Shown here piece by piece: positions 62,001 to 64,000 of a stretch of DNA of 64,000 nt. Both the position numbers and the translations under genes were made by a program. The notes below the pieces were generated by a model. It did not search any database. It was not told where the DNA came from and saw nothing but the letters and a program-made list of their open reading frames with translations. Position 1 is the stretch's first letter. Every line of letters starts with the position of its first letter. Source of the stretch: Phaeosaccion multiseriatum (lineage: Eukaryota > Protista > Ochrophyta, other classes); NCBI GenBank assembly GCA_965112735.1, contig OZ218951.1, positions 1,302,001 through 1,366,000 on the forward strand, written 5' to 3'.

Positions 62001-64000
62001 GTCCGTCAACAGAAGCGTCATCCTCCTCTCCTTCTCCAAACAGGACCGTCTCCAGGTGAGCTGCGAGTAGAGCTGGTGTCGGATAGTCAAAGAAGGCGTC
62101 GGGCCCAACCTCAAAATCCTTGTTGCTTCCGTTCTCGGTCTTCTCGCTGCCCAGAAAGTCCTCGAGCATCACCGCCAGCTCGGCCATCAATATCGACGTC
62201 ATGCCCGCCTCCATGAAGCGGTCGTCGGCGGTCAAATCTCCGTTGTGCGTCACCTCTACGGCAAACTCGAGGAGCTTCTCCAAGATGATGGCCACTCTTG
62301 CCTCCCTACCGAGGCTGTCCATAGCGCGAATGGCCAGACCGCCTTCTCGTCCTCCTCTCCACTCCGAGACATGGTCTTCGACGAAGCAAGCCCTTTCCTC
62401 CGGAGCTGAGCACACGCTGGCAAGGTTCACAGGAGGAGAGTCCTGTCGGGGTGGGTTGGGGGAGAAATGGGCATGACAAGTGGGGTGAGACTCGACGCAG
62501 AACCCTCAGCAGACGATTCTCTCACACAACTGCACGGTAAAAGGGCTGTGAAGGGCACACACGAAAGCACACAGATTGAAGGGGGCAAAGGATTGGAGAG
62601 ATAGGCAAGAGGCCTCCACTTCCGCTCACTCGCACCTGTGACATCGCAGTGCGGTCCTCGATGAGCTCGTGCACCATGTGCAGCTCGCCAGCGTGAAACG
62701 CCTGTCTCGTCGCCCGCCGTCGGATCTTGCCGCTCGTGGTCTTGGGGATGGTCTTCTGCTTGATGGCCACCACCTTCGCCGCTCTCAGACCCAAGGAGGA
62801 CGACAAGGCGGCTTGAGCAGCCTCTACCACTGCCGGGGCCTCGCCCTCTCGCTCCTGGCGGATCTCGAACACCACCTCCAGCACACCGTCCCCTCCCGTC
62901 TCGTCGGAAGAGAAGGCCGCAATGCAGCCCTGCCGAACGGCGCTGGAGGCCTCTTGCACAGCGAACTCGACGTCCTGCGGGTAGTGGTTGACCCCGTTGA
63001 AGATGATGAGGTCATTGATGCGGCCGCAGATGTACAGCAAACCCTCCTCCACAAACCCCACGTCGCCTGTCCGTAGGTACTGGCGAGGAGACGAGCTGTC
63101 ACTGCCCCCGGCCCCACCCTGGAGAGAGAGCTTCGCCTGGAACACCTCCTTCGACAGCTCGGGTTTGCCCCAGTACCCGGCGGCGGCAGAGGGGGAGGAG
63201 AACCAGATCTCTCCTGTGGCTGCTGCTCCGCTGGCCTCGGCCATGGTGTCGGGATTGACGATTCGAATGTCCATAAAGTCTGCTCTCTCGCTCGGGGAGC
63301 CGACGCTGGTAAGCTCTCGTCTCGAAGTGGAGCTGTGCCGAGAGTCGGTCCAGCAACCTGCTCCCAGCGAGGGCGCGAGAGAGGTCAGGGTAGATGAGTA
63401 TTCGCATCAAGAAACAAAGCAGGAGCTTGCTTGCGCAGCCAGCCAGCCCAAATGACCTGCGGTGAACTTTCCAAGTGGGCAGACGCACCTAATACCACGT
63501 GCTCTGCCAAACCGTAGGCCGCCGAGAACCACCTGACAGCGAAGGAAGAGAGCCAGCGAGACCACCACAACCTTCTGAGGATCTGAAACTGCACACTGCT
63601 TCCGGCTGAGCCTCACTACGCTGTACACGGCCAGGTAGTGCCATCAATGCAGCACCCACAGCTGAGTGCACATCACACTGCGAGACAGAGTATAGTACGC
63701 CAAGACGGCACGCCCTTCGACTCACCCGTCAGGGAGGCCGTGGGGGCGGAAGGCTCGCTCGAACCTCTCAATGGTCTCTCTCCGAATCGGCTCGGCGGAG
63801 CTACAAAGGGAGATGACATGTGACAAGTCGATAGACGGCTGCCTCTTGGTGCCGCGCACCTTGGCCATGTAGCGGGCGCAGAGGGCGTAGGCGAAGTCGG
63901 GGGCGACGGACCACTCCACGCAGTGCCGAGAGACAAGCTCCAGCCAGAGCAGGGGCCGCTTGATGAAGCTGACGGGGGACATGTAATGCATAGTCATGCC
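47066..64000 (-). CDS. Hybrid FAAL-PKS-NRPS megasynthetase with Pls/PosA-type membrane terminal domain: FAAL-ACP-KS-ACP-KS-AT-DH-ER-KR-ACP-C-A-PCP-(TM/LbH x3); 5' end beyond the window; in-frame TAG at 59276-59278 and frameshift near 56630-56720
   Basis: Nine phase-compatible introns join all ORFs from 64000 to the stop at 47066 (~15.3 kb exonic, ~5,100 aa in window). Motifs: [43 protein letters not shown]; ACPs GMTS, GLDS, GLDS; KS DAACSS/EAHATG/GHME and DTACSS/EAHGTG/GHLE; AT GHSLG and HAFH; [10 protein letters not shown]; [17 protein letters not shown]; C HHGIFDG; [21 protein letters not shown]; PCP GGTS. Confidence 0.93.
47330..49510 (-). other. Pls/PosA-like NRPS terminal region: paired TM helices alternating with three left-handed beta-helix (acetyltransferase-like) domains
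   Basis: [15 protein letters not shown]....[15 protein letters not shown]...HDLIEVG; AMGASL...LRIGENS...ITIGRFS..VVGAP; [10 protein letters not shown]...LLVIGD...AHTIEG...VQVG...WVGIP. Confidence 0.85.
49690..53230 (-). other. NRPS module: C-A-PCP
   Basis: C domain [24 protein letters not shown]-domain core motifs. [14 protein letters not shown]. Confidence 0.9.
53330..59668 (-). other. PKS module 2: KS-AT(malonyl)-DH-ER-KR(B-type)-ACP
   Basis: AT HAFH (malonyl signature). [12 protein letters not shown] and [21 protein letters not shown] and catalytic Tyr. ACP GLDSL. Confidence 0.88.
59738..61953 (-). other. PKS module 1: KS-ACP with no AT or reductive domains
   Basis: KS 61953-60173 with an intact Cys-His-His triad, a ~70-aa linker, then ACP 59962-59738 (GLDS). 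Confidence 0.88.
62660..64000 (-). other. Domain: fatty acyl-AMP ligase (FAAL) loading domain, N-terminal part off-window
   Basis: [78 protein letters not shown]. It is followed by an ACP (62289-62041). Confidence 0.85.

Noticed and set aside
1-64000. tRNA, rRNA or snRNA genes
   Set aside because: None recognised by eye. A covariance-model scan was not possible.

Overview
This is an intron-rich, GC-rich eukaryotic nuclear window with dense microsatellites. Two genes carry signal peptide + 'A-F' bipartite plastid presequences, which points to a photosynthetic stramenopile (ochrophyte); the taxon is an inference. Ten protein genes can be modelled: a partial membrane protein, a PH-like hypothetical, a single-TM hypothetical, a plastid-targeted hypothetical, an OSCA/TMEM63 channel with a ~900-aa loop insertion, a plastid-targeted CDF metal transporter, a saposin/Canopy-like ER protein, a ~100-aa microprotein, a ~4,400-aa TRIP12/HECTD1-like E3 ligase and a megasynthetase. 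The standout is the megasynthetase (minus strand, 47066 to beyond 64000, >5,000 aa): FAAL-ACP-KS-ACP-KS-AT-DH-ER-KR-ACP-C-A-PCP. It ends in a membrane-bound poly-amino-acid-synthetase (Pls/PosA-type) terminal domain rather than a TE or reductase. It carries one in-frame TAG and one apparent frameshift. Also present are two TIR mini-elements with shared TCGGCCCC termini near 10.3-10.9 kb, and a 14-22 bp motif (CAGTTGGTGATACA) dispersed through unrelated coding and non-coding DNA in both orientations. All gene models were built by eye, so exon edges are approximate.
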